The notes: a model not told the origin generated them from the sequence alone. Counted from the stretch's first letter, positions 49,003 through 58,429 are shown. The stretch is 64,000 nucleotides of DNA from Candidatus Parcubacteria bacterium (GCA_018664825.1 JABJNO010000002.1:14068-78067), one strand, 5' to 3'. Made by a program: numbers and translations.

Positions 49003-49977
49003 ATGGATTCTTTTTACAAAAAGATTTATAAAAAATCTTTCTTAACTGTTAAAAACAACTACAACTTATTGTTTTTTGGCTTATTTGCCTCTATCCTTGG
49101 TTTTTATGAAGTCCGAATTTTACTAAACCTAAACTCTGTCGGTCCTGATTTCTTGAGCTCAAACATAGTCAACTGGGTAAAGATTTTTGCTGTGTTTAGC
49201 ATTAGTGGTATTTCTAGTTTTTCTGTCAGCGGAATAATAACAATGCTTGGCATGTTTATTTTTTCCGCCATCATGATTGTTTTGGCCATATCTTCTCAGG
49301 GAGCATTGATAAACGCTTCTATTGAAAAGGCCAATGGTAAAACTTCAAAATTTAACAAGCACCTACAAATAGGTCTACAAAAATTTTGGCCCTTACTAGG
49401 CCTCAATGTAGTCAATGCTCTGATCGGCTACTTTTTTATTATTTCAGTGGTTGATCCTTTGATTGGATTTATAGCCCTGAGCTCTACTACTTGGGTTATG
49501 TTCCTTATTATGAGTCTAGTCGTCTTCTTCGTACTTATCCCTCTAGTGATTATTTTATCTTTTGTCACTCGTTATGGAGCGGCTTATGTAATACTCAAAG
49601 ACAACAAATTCAAAGACGCTTTCTACAATGGTTGGAATTTGTTCAAAATAAATTGGCTAGTCACTGTTGAAAATGCAATCTTCTTATTATTTGTTACTAT
49701 ATTTTATTTTATAATATTATTGGCTTTACTTGTATTTATATTTACTCCATTCTTGATTTTGGGATTATTCTTAGCTTTCAATATGTATATTTTCTGGTTT
49801 ATCTTTACTATTGGAATATTTTTGGGCGTTATCATATTCTTGGTTGGCACCTCAAAGTTTGGTGCCTACTACAATTTGATATGGGCCAATGTATTTTTGG
49901 AGCTCACAGCCAAAGGCAAAACCTACAGCAAAGTACATCGAGTAGCGCATAAACATATGCCTAAACTTACAAAATAA
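49003..49977 (+). CDS. Polytopic membrane protein, hypothetical
   Basis: More than six predicted TM segments. No motif recognised. Confidence 0.4.
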   Translation: MDSFYKKIYKKSFLTVKNNYNLLFFGLFASILGFYEVRILLNLNSVGPDFLSSNIVNWVKIFAVFSISGISSFSVSGIITMLGMFIFSAIMIVLAISSQGALINASIEKANGKTSKFNKHLQIGLQKFWPLLGLNVVNALIGYFFIISVVDPLIGFIALSSTTWVMFLIMSLVVFFVLIPLVIILSFVTRYGAAYVILKDNKFKDAFYNGWNLFKINWLVTVENAIFLLFVTIFYFIILLALLVFIFTPFLILGLFLAFNMYIFWFIFTIGIFLGVIIFLVGTSKFGAYYNLIWANVFLELTAKGKTYSKVHRVAHKHMPKLTK

Positions 49978-49985
49978 AAAATACC

Positions 49986-50010
49986 AACCCCCGCTAGTCG
50001 GGGGTTTTTT
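49986..50010 (+). terminator. Intrinsic terminator
   Basis: Stem aacccccg/cgggggtt, loop ctagt, tttttt. Confidence 0.75.
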
Positions 50011-50012
50011 AA

Positions 50013-50042
50013 TTGACGTAACACTATCCCATAAAGTATAAT
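50013..50042 (+). promoter_or_regulatory. Sigma70-like promoter (TTGACG-18-TATAAT) for pilB
   Basis: TTGACG at 50013-50018 and TATAAT at 50037-50042; 34 nt to the pilB ATG. Confidence 0.5.
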
Positions 50043-50076
50043 GTTTATAGTATAAGTTTTAAAAAATTTTAGAAAA

Positions 50077-51825
50077 ATGCCCGATTCCCCAACATCAAGT
50101 ATTCACATAGCAAAAGATGAAACTTCTCAAAAACTAGATGAAAAGTTGTCATCTATAAAAATACGTGAAGAAGAACAAGAAGTAGAAAGGCAGGCCACTG
50201 CTCAAAATTTGTCATACATTGATTTGAGTAAGTTCCCTATTTCTCAAGATGCTATAAAACTTATTCCTCGAGAAAAAGCTGAAGTCTTACAGACTATTTG
50301 TTTTTTGTATACTGGCGAAGAAATGCGCTTTGGATCACTCAATCCTACCAACCCTCAGGTGACCAATATTTCTCGTGAGCTAGCCGAAAAATACCATGCA
50401 AATGTAAAAATATATCTAATATCTGAATATAGCTTTAACAAGTCTATGGAGGTTTTTGATAAAATACCAACCATCATCCATATGGAAGGTATCACTATCA
50501 CTGCCGAAGATTTGCAAAAGTTCAATGAAAAACTAAATAATTTTGATGAACTACAAAGCCTTGTCCAAGATACTGGATTGACCGAAACAGTAAATCTAGT
50601 CATCGCCGCTTCTCTAAAATTTGGTGCTTCTGATATACATATTGAAGCAGAAAAAACTGACATCAAAGTCAGGTTTAGGATCGATGGTGTTCTACATGAT
50701 GTGGCCAAATTACCAATGGATGCTTGGCCAAAGATAAACTCTAGAATCAAGCTACTATCTGGACTCAAACTAAACATAGGCAACAAACCTCAAGATGGTC
50801 GTTTTAGTATCTCCATGGCCGATGATGCAGTGGATGTTAGGGTCTCTACTATTCCTTCTACTTTTGGTGAAAGTATTGTAATGCGTTTACTCAAAGCTTC
50901 TAGTATCGGCCTAGAGTTTGAAAAACTAGGTCTCAAAGGAAAGGCTTTTAATGACCTCAAGGGTCAAATAGAAAAACCAAACGGCATGGTAATATCTACT
51001 GGCCCCACAGGAAGTGGTAAAACCACCACCCTATATGCCATCCTAAACAAACTCAATAATCCAGATACAAAGATCATCACTCTAGAAGATCCGGTTGAGT
51101 ACAAATTGGCAGGTATTGTCCAGAGTCAAGTAGATAATGCTGATGGTAACGACCAAGAGCCTGTTGTTGCCGGAGAATCCAAGCCAAGGTCCTCAAAATA
51201 TACCTTTGCTCGAGGCCTGAGAGCTATTTTAAGACAAGATCCAGATGTGGTGATGGTTGGTGAAATCCGTGACCTAGAAACCGCTGATACGGCTATCAAC
51301 GCTGCTTTGACTGGTCATATGATGCTTTCTACTATTCATACCAATTCTGCTGCTGGTACTATACCCCGTTTACTCGCTATGGGTGTCCAACCATTTTTAT
51401 TGGCCCCTTCTCTCAATGCTATCATAGGACAAAGATTGATTCGCCGTCTTTGCACAGAATGCAAGGTAGAAGACACTGAGATTGATAATACCAAAATGAC
51501 CACCATCATGAATACGCTAAATGAAGTAGCTCCCGAGTCAGGACATAAGCCAGATGAATCTGCTTTGACTAACCTAAAATTTTATAAATCCGTTGGTTGT
51601 GACAAATGTCACGGACTTGGATACAAGGGTCGAGTTGGTATCTATGAAGTAATGACCATGTCTCCAGAAGTAGAAAAAATGATATTGTCTGGTAAAGTAT
51701 CAGAATATGAAATGGAAAAATTAGCCGTCAGTCAGGGAATGATTACTATGTTCCAAGATGGACTGCTCAAAGCCATGGAAGGTATAACCTCAATAGAAGA
51801 AGTCTTTGGAGAAATAAAAGATTAA
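50077..51825 (+). CDS. pilB: Type IV pilus/type II secretion assembly ATPase (PilB/GspE family)
   Basis: Walker A ISTGPTGSGKTTTLYA, Asp/His boxes and a tetracysteine zinc motif (CTECK...CDKCHGLG). Confidence 0.85.
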   Translation: MPDSPTSSIHIAKDETSQKLDEKLSSIKIREEEQEVERQATAQNLSYIDLSKFPISQDAIKLIPREKAEVLQTICFLYTGEEMRFGSLNPTNPQVTNISRELAEKYHANVKIYLISEYSFNKSMEVFDKIPTIIHMEGITITAEDLQKFNEKLNNFDELQSLVQDTGLTETVNLVIAASLKFGASDIHIEAEKTDIKVRFRIDGVLHDVAKLPMDAWPKINSRIKLLSGLKLNIGNKPQDGRFSISMADDAVDVRVSTIPSTFGESIVMRLLKASSIGLEFEKLGLKGKAFNDLKGQIEKPNGMVISTGPTGSGKTTTLYAILNKLNNPDTKIITLEDPVEYKLAGIVQSQVDNADGNDQEPVVAGESKPRSSKYTFARGLRAILRQDPDVVMVGEIRDLETADTAINAALTGHMMLSTIHTNSAAGTIPRLLAMGVQPFLLAPSLNAIIGQRLIRRLCTECKVEDTEIDNTKMTTIMNTLNEVAPESGHKPDESALTNLKFYKSVGCDKCHGLGYKGRVGIYEVMTMSPEVEKMILSGKVSEYEMEKLAVSQGMITMFQDGLLKAMEGITSIEEVFGEIKD

Positions 51826-51832
51826 AATTTAA

Positions 51833-51859
51833 ACACCGCCCTGGGGCGGTGTTTTTTTA
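51833..51859. terminator. Bidirectional intrinsic terminator (pilB / valS convergent)
   Basis: Perfect 8-bp stem acaccgcc/ggcggtgt, loop ctgg, ttttttt; A/T-rich upstream. Confidence 0.8.
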
Positions 51860-51892
51860 TTTGAGTTTTTGGCCTAGGTCACCCTCTCTGGC

Positions 51893-54739
51893 CTATTGGC
51901 CATTCACCTTGTTCTTGGCTTCGGCTAATCGTTTTTTTGTATCCTCTATCACCTGCGGTGGTGCATTGCTGACAAATTTTTCATTGGCTAGCTTGGCTTC
52001 TGTATTTTTAATATATTTTTCCAGATCTTGTTTTTCTTTGTCTGACAATTCTTTGGTCAAATCTATAAATACCTTACTGCTGTTTATGGCTATTGGTTTT
52101 ACATTTACTTTTTTGTCCGTCAGATTGACCCTAGCCATCTTGGCGGCAAGTTCTAGATATTTTTTATCCAAAATTTTACTGTCCAAATTACAATCGGGAA
52201 ATTCAGTTGGCGGTATCTTATTTTCAGCTTTAAGATTTCTTAAACTTACTACCAGTTCTTTGAGTTCAGTAAAATTTGTAATTACATCCTTATCCACTTT
52301 ACCAGCTTTGGGCCACTCTTTGACCATCATTAATTCTTTTTCACCAAATTGCTCCCAAATCACTTCTGTCACAAATGGAATAAAAGGATGACACAAAACA
52401 AGGAGTCTTTCCAAAATATAAAGTAATATCTCTTCTTTGTCTTTTTCTATTTTAGAAATTTCTAAATACCAATCTGCCAAATCATCCCAAGTAAAATGAT
52501 AAAGCTTGGTACCTGCTTCTGAAAAATGAAATTTTTCTAAGTCCTCGCTTATTTCTTTTATAGTTTCGTTAAATTCAGACAAAATCCACTTATCAGCCAG
52601 AGTTTTTGCCCTTGGTTGTTTTTTGACTCTTTTGACGTTGTCTGCACTGGTAAAAATAAATCGAGAAATATTCCAAAGTTTATTTACAAAATTTCTATAA
52701 CCCGCAATCTTGTCTTCATAAAGTCGCATATCTGCTCCTGGTGCAGATCCAATGATCAAAGACAGACGAAGTGCGTCGGTACCAAATTTTTCACTCATTT
52801 TTATCGGATCTATACCATTACCCAAAGACTTGGACATTTTTTTGCCATCCTTATCTCGGATCATACCATGTAGATAAACAGTATCAAATGGCTTTGTTTC
52901 CAAAACATACTCTGTCATCATTATCATCCTAGCTACCCAAAAAAATAAAATATCATAGCCAGTCTCCATTACAGAGCTTGGATGAAATAAATCTAGATCT
53001 GACTTTTTACTATAAACAAAATCATAAGCCCATAAGTCCGTATTATCCGTAATATCCTTGTCTGGATAATATTTTTTGAATGTTTTTTTGAAATCATCTT
53101 TATCCTTATACTCTTCGTGACCCTTTTGTTTGGGATCTACATCTTTAAACTTAATTTTTTGAATATTGGTAATTTTTATATAACCAAAATTTTTCTTTGT
53201 CTGAGTATTTTCCACAACAATAGTTTCACCAATACTATATCCCTTATCTGCCAATCTATATGTTTTGGTTTTTTCTCCACTCTCTACTATCTTGACCAAA
53301 TCTTTATCAAGACCAATTTTGTTTTGTATTGGCCACCCCAAAGTAGAAAAGGTCCAAAGTGAAGATGAAAACCAAGTATCAAGAGTGTCTTTGTCTTGAG
53401 TTAGTTTTTTATTACCAGCTTTTTTGTTTGCTTCAGTTTCATTTGGAGCTACTATCACCTCTCCATCCTCGGTATACCAAACAGGAATCCGATGTCCCCA
53501 CCAAATCTGACGAGAAATACACCAATCATGAAGATTTTCCATCCAATGATAATATGTTTTATCAAATCGCTTTGGTAATATTTCTATATCCCCACCTTTG
53601 ACGGCATTGATAGCCAATTCTTTGAGGCTCTTGCCTCGGCTTGGAATTTTTTTGTTTACCCTGACAAACCATTGTTCAGAAGTAAGTGGCTCAATAGGAG
53701 TATCACAACGATAACAAATAGAAAGATTGTTTTTTATACTATCTATTTTTTCTATTTGACCTGCTTTTTCCAAATCAGCTACAAATTCTCTTCTGGCTTG
53801 CAAAACATTTTTACCTTTGTACTTGCCACCGGTTTTCATGATATGTCCAGACTCATCAATCAGTTTGATAATTTCCAAATCATGCCTTTGAGCAAGCTCA
53901 TAATCAGTTGTACTGTGAGCAGGGGTTACTCCCACTACTCCACTACCAAATCTTTTATCGATTTCTTTATCGGCAATGACTTTTACTTTTATCTTGTGTC
54001 CAGCCAGATCTATATCCAGCTCTTGCCCAACATATTTTTTGTATCTTCGATCACTCGGGTGGACAGCTACACCAGTATCGGCTAGTTTTGTTTCTGGTCT
54101 AGTCGTTGCCACTACAAATGGACCATATTTTATATAATATAGTTTAGCGTCTTGTTCTTTGTGTTCTACTTCATCGTCAGCTAGGGTAGAGGCGCAGCGC
54201 GGACACCAATTGACTATCCGATAATCCCTCTCTATCAAACCGTCGTCATACATTTTGACAAAAGCTTGATTGACCGCCTTTGATAAGCCGTCGTCAAAAG
54301 TATATCTTTCACGAGACCAATCACAACTAGAGCCCATCTTGCGAGTTTGTTTGCGGATGGTACCTTGTGAGCTAGCTACGTATTCTTTGACTCTGCCCAA
54401 AAACTTTTCTCGACCAAGTTTTTTTCTGTCTGTACCCTCGATAGCCAAAATCTTTTCTACCTTTGTCTGGGTAGCAATAGCCGCATGGTCAGTACCTGGC
54501 ACCCAAAGAGCCTTATCGCCCTTGAGGCGGTGGAAACGGACCATTAGGTCTTCGTAGGCCAAAGCAGCGGCATGCCCCAGATGCAAAATACCAGTAGCAT
54601 TTGGTGGTGGCATAGATATGACAAAAGGCTTCCCCTTGGCTTTGAGCTTGTCAGGATCAAAAAGACCAGACTCTTCCCAGGTCTTATAAATATCATCTTC
54701 ATATTTGGTTGGCTCGTAAGCTTTGGCTAATTCTTGCAT
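51893..54739 (-). CDS. valS: Valyl-tRNA synthetase
   Basis: HIGH region PPPNATGILHLGHA, KMSKS, and a C-terminal coiled coil. The start is set at the internal ATG (MQELAKAYEP), because the ORF-track extension runs through the leader terminator. Confidence 0.9.
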   Translation of the reverse strand: MQELAKAYEPTKYEDDIYKTWEESGLFDPDKLKAKGKPFVISMPPPNATGILHLGHAAALAYEDLMVRFHRLKGDKALWVPGTDHAAIATQTKVEKILAIEGTDRKKLGREKFLGRVKEYVASSQGTIRKQTRKMGSSCDWSRERYTFDDGLSKAVNQAFVKMYDDGLIERDYRIVNWCPRCASTLADDEVEHKEQDAKLYYIKYGPFVVATTRPETKLADTGVAVHPSDRRYKKYVGQELDIDLAGHKIKVKVIADKEIDKRFGSGVVGVTPAHSTTDYELAQRHDLEIIKLIDESGHIMKTGGKYKGKNVLQARREFVADLEKAGQIEKIDSIKNNLSICYRCDTPIEPLTSEQWFVRVNKKIPSRGKSLKELAINAVKGGDIEILPKRFDKTYYHWMENLHDWCISRQIWWGHRIPVWYTEDGEVIVAPNETEANKKAGNKKLTQDKDTLDTWFSSSLWTFSTLGWPIQNKIGLDKDLVKIVESGEKTKTYRLADKGYSIGETIVVENTQTKKNFGYIKITNIQKIKFKDVDPKQKGHEEYKDKDDFKKTFKKYYPDKDITDNTDLWAYDFVYSKKSDLDLFHPSSVMETGYDILFFWVARMIMMTEYVLETKPFDTVYLHGMIRDKDGKKMSKSLGNGIDPIKMSEKFGTDALRLSLIIGSAPGADMRLYEDKIAGYRNFVNKLWNISRFIFTSADNVKRVKKQPRAKTLADKWILSEFNETIKEISEDLEKFHFSEAGTKLYHFTWDDLADWYLEISKIEKDKEEILLYILERLLVLCHPFIPFVTEVIWEQFGEKELMMVKEWPKAGKVDKDVITNFTELKELVVSLRNLKAENKIPPTEFPDCNLDSKILDKKYLELAAKMARVNLTDKKVNVKPIAINSSKVFIDLTKELSDKEKQDLEKYIKNTEAKLANEKFVSNAPPQVIEDTKKRLAEAKNKVNGQ

Positions 54740-54749
54740 AATTTTGTTT

Positions 54750-54930
54750 AAAAAATAAAAACGCAAAATAATTGCGTTTAAGGGCCCAAAAAATTGGACG
54801 GTACCACCTTAATTTGTTCTTGATTTTGACGCTATAACGGGCGCACCCCGACAGGTTCTACCTTGGTTCTTCCTGCAGCTCTTCGAGTGACATGAATCTC
54901 GAATCAAACGCTTTTTATTTGATTATAGTA
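54750..54930 (-). promoter_or_regulatory. Candidate T-box riboswitch leader (Val specifier GUC) with intrinsic terminator, upstream of valS
   Basis: The minus strand reads AAAUUAAGGUGGUACCGUCC (54815-54796), matching the T-box consensus AAUUAGGGUGGNACCGCG. The upstream hairpin UUCGAG-AUUCAUGUCA-CUCGAA presents GUC followed by A. A terminator hairpin ACGCAA-UUAUU-UUGCGU plus a U-run (54777-54750) ends 11 nt before the valS ATG. Confidence 0.55.
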
Positions 54931-54935
54931 ATACA

Positions 54936-54964
54936 ATGATACAATTTATCATTATATTAGTCAA
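54936..54964 (-). promoter_or_regulatory. Putative promoter for the valS leader (TTGACT-17-TATCAT)
   Basis: Minus strand: TTGACT at 54964-54959 (overlapping the tsaE stop), 17-nt spacer, TATCAT at 54941-54936. Confidence 0.35.
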
Positions 54965-55379
54965 TTATGATTTTTCTTTTGTCTCCACCCAAACTTTCTA
55001 TCTTTATATATATTGTACCCTCGGGTAAATCATTTATTTTATCAGCCCACTCTACCACTACCACATTGTTGTCATGATTTAGGTAATCACCCAGGCCAAT
55101 ATCTTGCAAATCCTCAGCATGCTCCAAACGATAACAATCTACATGCACCAATCTTTCTACTTTGCCAAAATCAGCATCATATACTTTCATCAAAACAAAA
55201 GTAGGGCTAGTGATGTTGTCCTCTATGCCCATAGCTCGAGCCAGGGCTTTGACAAAAACAGTCTTACCGGCTCCTAGGTTGCCTGCCAAGGCAATGAGCT
55301 CACCGCCCCGAAGAGTACCAGCTACTTCTTTGGCTATTTTCTGAGTGTCGCCTATATTGTTACTTGTATATTCTTTCAT
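54957..55379 (-). CDS. tsaE: tRNA threonylcarbamoyladenosine biosynthesis ATPase TsaE
   Basis: P-loop GNLGAGKTVFVKALARAMG; 140 aa. Confidence 0.8.
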   Translation of the reverse strand: MKEYTSNNIGDTQKIAKEVAGTLRGGELIALAGNLGAGKTVFVKALARAMGIEDNITSPTFVLMKVYDADFGKVERLVHVDCYRLEHAEDLQDIGLGDYLNHDNNVVVVEWADKINDLPEGTIYIKIESLGGDKRKIIID

Positions 55380-55388
55380 TTTTTTGTT

Positions 55389-56432
55389 TTATTTTACTAA
55401 TTGCCAATTTGATTTTGGTTGCAAGTTAAAAATTTCTTTTCCTTGCAAAATGTCTGCTTGTTTATTTTGTATCTTATAGTATGCGGCAGCCGCTATCATA
55501 GCTGCATTGTCTCCTGTATATTTTATCTCCGGAAAAAAGAAAGGCATGTCCAATTTTTTTGCTTCTACTGATAATCTACTTTTTAGATTTGAGTTGGCAG
55601 CCACTCCTCCGGCCAACATAATAGACTTTACACCAAACTCTCCGACTGCCCTGATGGTTTTGTGTACCAATACATCAGTCACTGCCGTTTGAAAACTAGC
55701 GCAAACATCTTTGACATCTTTTTTGTTTATATTTTTCTTTTTCTCAAGTGTATAGAGCACAGCTGTCTTGAGTCCCGCTAAACTAAAGTCATAATTATCC
55801 TTATCCATCATTGGGCGAGGCAACTTATATGCTTTGTCATCACCCTCTTCTGCTAATCTACTGACTATAGGACCGCCAGGATAGCCCAGGTTCATCATCT
55901 TGGCTACTTTGTCATAAGCCTCACCAACGGCATCATCCAAGGTCTGTCCAATCAATTGATAGTCTCCATGTCCTTTCATCAAAACTAGCTCCGTATGCCC
56001 TCCTGAGACGATAAGTACTAGACTTGGAAAATATTTTTGAGAGTTTTTTACCAATTCATCATTTGATAACCAATTTGAATACACGTGTCCTTCCATATGG
56101 TTGATTGGCACCAAAGGTAATTTGTTAATATAAGCCAAGGTTTTGGCTACGGTCATACCCAAAAGCAAAGAAGTAATCAAACCAGGGCCACTTGTGACCG
56201 CTAGATAATCAACGTCCTTTAGCTTATCTTTACCAAGTGTGTCATCCACCAATGGGATAATAGTCTCCAGATGTTTACGAGCAGCTACCTCTGGTACAAC
56301 GCCGCCGTATTTTTTGTGTATGTCTATCTGAGAATAAATAGCGTTTTTCTCCAAAATCAAAGAATCACCACCACCCTCGATCTTGGCAACGGCTGTTTCG
56401 TCACACGATGATTCTATAGCTAATACTTTCAT
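55389..56432 (-). CDS. tsaD: tRNA N6-adenosine threonylcarbamoyltransferase TsaD
   Basis: MKVLAIESSCDETAVA N-terminus and the HMEGH metal site; 347 aa. Confidence 0.9.
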   Translation of the reverse strand: MKVLAIESSCDETAVAKIEGGGDSLILEKNAIYSQIDIHKKYGGVVPEVAARKHLETIIPLVDDTLGKDKLKDVDYLAVTSGPGLITSLLLGMTVAKTLAYINKLPLVPINHMEGHVYSNWLSNDELVKNSQKYFPSLVLIVSGGHTELVLMKGHGDYQLIGQTLDDAVGEAYDKVAKMMNLGYPGGPIVSRLAEEGDDKAYKLPRPMMDKDNYDFSLAGLKTAVLYTLEKKKNINKKDVKDVCASFQTAVTDVLVHKTIRAVGEFGVKSIMLAGGVAANSNLKSRLSVEAKKLDMPFFFPEIKYTGDNAAMIAAAAYYKIQNKQADILQGKEIFNLQPKSNWQLVK

Positions 56433-56559
56433 ATATACATTATAACAGATTTGATAATTTAACTGAAAAATAGCACCCTGTCAATGATGGCGCAAGGGCT
56501 TGTCCATAATCAAGTTTTGTACTATCATATACTATATTCAATTGGGTAAGCCCTAAAAT

Positions 56560-57201
56560 ATGTCTAGGAAAAAATTGCAAAGGTTTGCAGAAACCGAAAA
56601 ATTCCCAAACTTGGCCCAGGTGCATCAGCCTGACATCAAAGAAAAATTGGCCGATTTTTTGGAGGACAACAATTCTATAATATTAGAGCTCGCCTGTGGT
56701 AAAGGAGCCTATACTCTAGCCCTAGCCAAAAAACTTCCTCACATAAAATTTATCGGTATAGATATACAAGGTGAACGTCTTTGGTCTGGAGCCAAACAGG
56801 CTATAGAACAAAACTTGAAAAATGTTTTTTTCTTGAGGATTCAAATAGAAAATTTAGCTGAATATTTTACAAAAAACTCTATCAACGAAATCTTGATCAC
56901 TTTTCCTGATCCTTTCCCTAGAGAAAAACAATTACGCAAAAGATTGACCTCTTATAGATTTTTAGAAATATACAAGCAACTTATAAAAGAAGATGGCCTG
57001 ATCCATTTGAAAACTGATGATGAAAATCTTTTTGATTTTTCAGTTGAGACTATACAAAATTTTGGGGGCACCATCAAAACCAATACCAAAGATATTTATT
57101 CTAAAATAAATATTGATCCCATACTAGAAATAAAAACTTACTATGAACATATGCACCTCAAAGCTGGGAAAAAGATAAATTATCTCAAGTTTAGCCTCTA
57201 A
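56560..57201 (+). CDS. trmB: tRNA (guanine46-N7)-methyltransferase
   Basis: SAM motif ILELACGKGAYTLALAK, 213 aa, TrmB-like. Confidence 0.8.
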   Translation: MSRKKLQRFAETEKFPNLAQVHQPDIKEKLADFLEDNNSIILELACGKGAYTLALAKKLPHIKFIGIDIQGERLWSGAKQAIEQNLKNVFFLRIQIENLAEYFTKNSINEILITFPDPFPREKQLRKRLTSYRFLEIYKQLIKEDGLIHLKTDDENLFDFSVETIQNFGGTIKTNTKDIYSKINIDPILEIKTYYEHMHLKAGKKINYLKFSL

Positions 57202-57203
57202 GT

Positions 57204-57232
57204 TTGACATCATTTTTAAAGCAGAGTATAAT
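57204..57232 (+). promoter_or_regulatory. Perfect consensus sigma70 promoter (TTGACA-17-TATAAT)
   Basis: TTGACA at 57204-57209 and TATAAT at 57227-57232, immediately after the trmB stop. Confidence 0.6.
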
Positions 57233-57320
57233 GTTTATCAGAATGTTAAAAATTATACAACATTTCAAAACTTGTCCGCCAAACCGCTGGTTAAAATTTC
57301 CAAAAAATATTATGAGTTAG

Positions 57321-57345
57321 TCGTTCCGAAAGGAACGATTTTTTT
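57321..57345 (+). terminator. Intrinsic terminator/attenuator 27 nt upstream of the AsnA-like gene
   Basis: Stem tcgttcc/ggaacga, GAAA tetraloop, ttttttt. Confidence 0.7.
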
Positions 57346-57371
57346 ATACCTAAAAATTAACAAAAAAGTGT

Positions 57372-58376
57372 ATGAAAAAAGAAAACACCGCCCGCCTTGA
57401 GGGCTTTGTACTCAAGGAAGCAGAAGATTTTTTTCGCGACCAGGGTTTTACTCCTCTTTTTCCGCCAAAGATTGTGCGGGCTAGTGGAGCCTGTGAAAAC
57501 ATCGACACTCTTTTTGAAATAAGTGTTGATAAAGATCACAAGTGGTTTGATAGAAATGCCTACCTTTCTCAAACTGGGCAACTCTATCTAGAGGCCATGG
57601 TACCATCTTTGAAAAAAGTATATTGCATTGGACCATCTTTTCGGGCTGAACCAAAAATCGACAATAGACACCTAACAGAGTTTACTATGTTAGAGATTGA
57701 GTTTGCGGGAAGCTTTGAAGATCTCTTGGTCTCCCAAGAAGACTTGGTACATTACCTGGCTCAGAAAGTTTCTAATCACCCTAGAGCCAAAGAGGATTTT
57801 GGTCTCAGTGACAATGATCTAATCCGTCTCAAAAAATGTCCATCAAAGTTTAAAAGATTTACCTATGACCAAGCAATCAAGAAACTTCAAGACATGGGAG
57901 AAGATATAAAATGGGGAGATGACATATCTAGTCAAAGAGAAAAATTACTAATCGCAGCGGCTGACAATCAGCCGTTATTTATTACCCATTATCCTGACCC
58001 AATGTACAAAGAACACGATGATATCGAAGTAGAAAAGTTTTTCAACATGCTTCCATCAAAAGATAACCCAGGCAGAGTCCTGAGCTCTGACCTTATACTA
58101 CCTTTTAGTGGTGAATCTGTAGGAGCTGCCGCTAGAGTCCATGTTTTGGATGAGCTAGTCAGGCGCCTAAAAAACTCTAAGATGTATAAACGCCTTGAAA
58201 AGAAAGGTGGAGATATATCGGATTTTGAATGGTATATCAACCAAATCAAAGAAAATGGAGCAGTACCACACGCTGGTTGTGGCTTTGGTATGTCTAGAAT
58301 CCTACAATGGATAAGTGGTAAATCCAGTATCGTAGATTGCGTCACTTTCCCAGCCAACAAAGGCAATATTATTTAA
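57372..58376 (+). CDS. Class II aaRS catalytic-core-only protein, AsnRS/AspRS-like (archaeal-type asparagine synthetase A-like)
   Basis: Motif 2 GPSFRAE. The C-terminal motif 3 region (GAVPHAGCGFGMSRILQWISGKSSIVDCVTFP) resembles AsnRS [21 protein letters not shown]...VRDVIPFP. There is no anticodon-binding domain (334 aa). Confidence 0.6.
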   Translation: MKKENTARLEGFVLKEAEDFFRDQGFTPLFPPKIVRASGACENIDTLFEISVDKDHKWFDRNAYLSQTGQLYLEAMVPSLKKVYCIGPSFRAEPKIDNRHLTEFTMLEIEFAGSFEDLLVSQEDLVHYLAQKVSNHPRAKEDFGLSDNDLIRLKKCPSKFKRFTYDQAIKKLQDMGEDIKWGDDISSQREKLLIAAADNQPLFITHYPDPMYKEHDDIEVEKFFNMLPSKDNPGRVLSSDLILPFSGESVGAAARVHVLDELVRRLKNSKMYKRLEKKGGDISDFEWYINQIKENGAVPHAGCGFGMSRILQWISGKSSIVDCVTFPANKGNII

Positions 58377-58429
58377 AAAACCCAAAAAGTATGTTAAGCT
58401 GATTAGATAATAATTAACCAGATTAACAT

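Noticed and set aside
51849-54557. Several 80-180-aa plus-strand ORFs inside the valS region (for example 51849-52391 and 53672-54085).
   Set aside because: They lie entirely antisense within the well-supported valS CDS and have no motifs, so they are spurious.
54780-54910. Initially considered the GC-rich element upstream of valS to be SRP RNA (ffs), because of a GGAAGAACCAAGG segment resembling the domain IV GGAAGCAGCCAAGG.
   Set aside because: A T-box leader explains the element better. It is oriented with and directly upstream of valS, has the GGUGGUACCG T-box core, a Val GUC specifier and a terminator right before the ATG. The SRP-like match is only a short partial motif, and no long 5'/3' closing helix is present.
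57243-57320. Treating the 25-codon leader mini-ORF as a classical Asn-codon attenuator peptide.
   Set aside because: It has only two non-adjacent Asn codons and no convincing RBS, so it is kept only as a speculative note within the leader finding.
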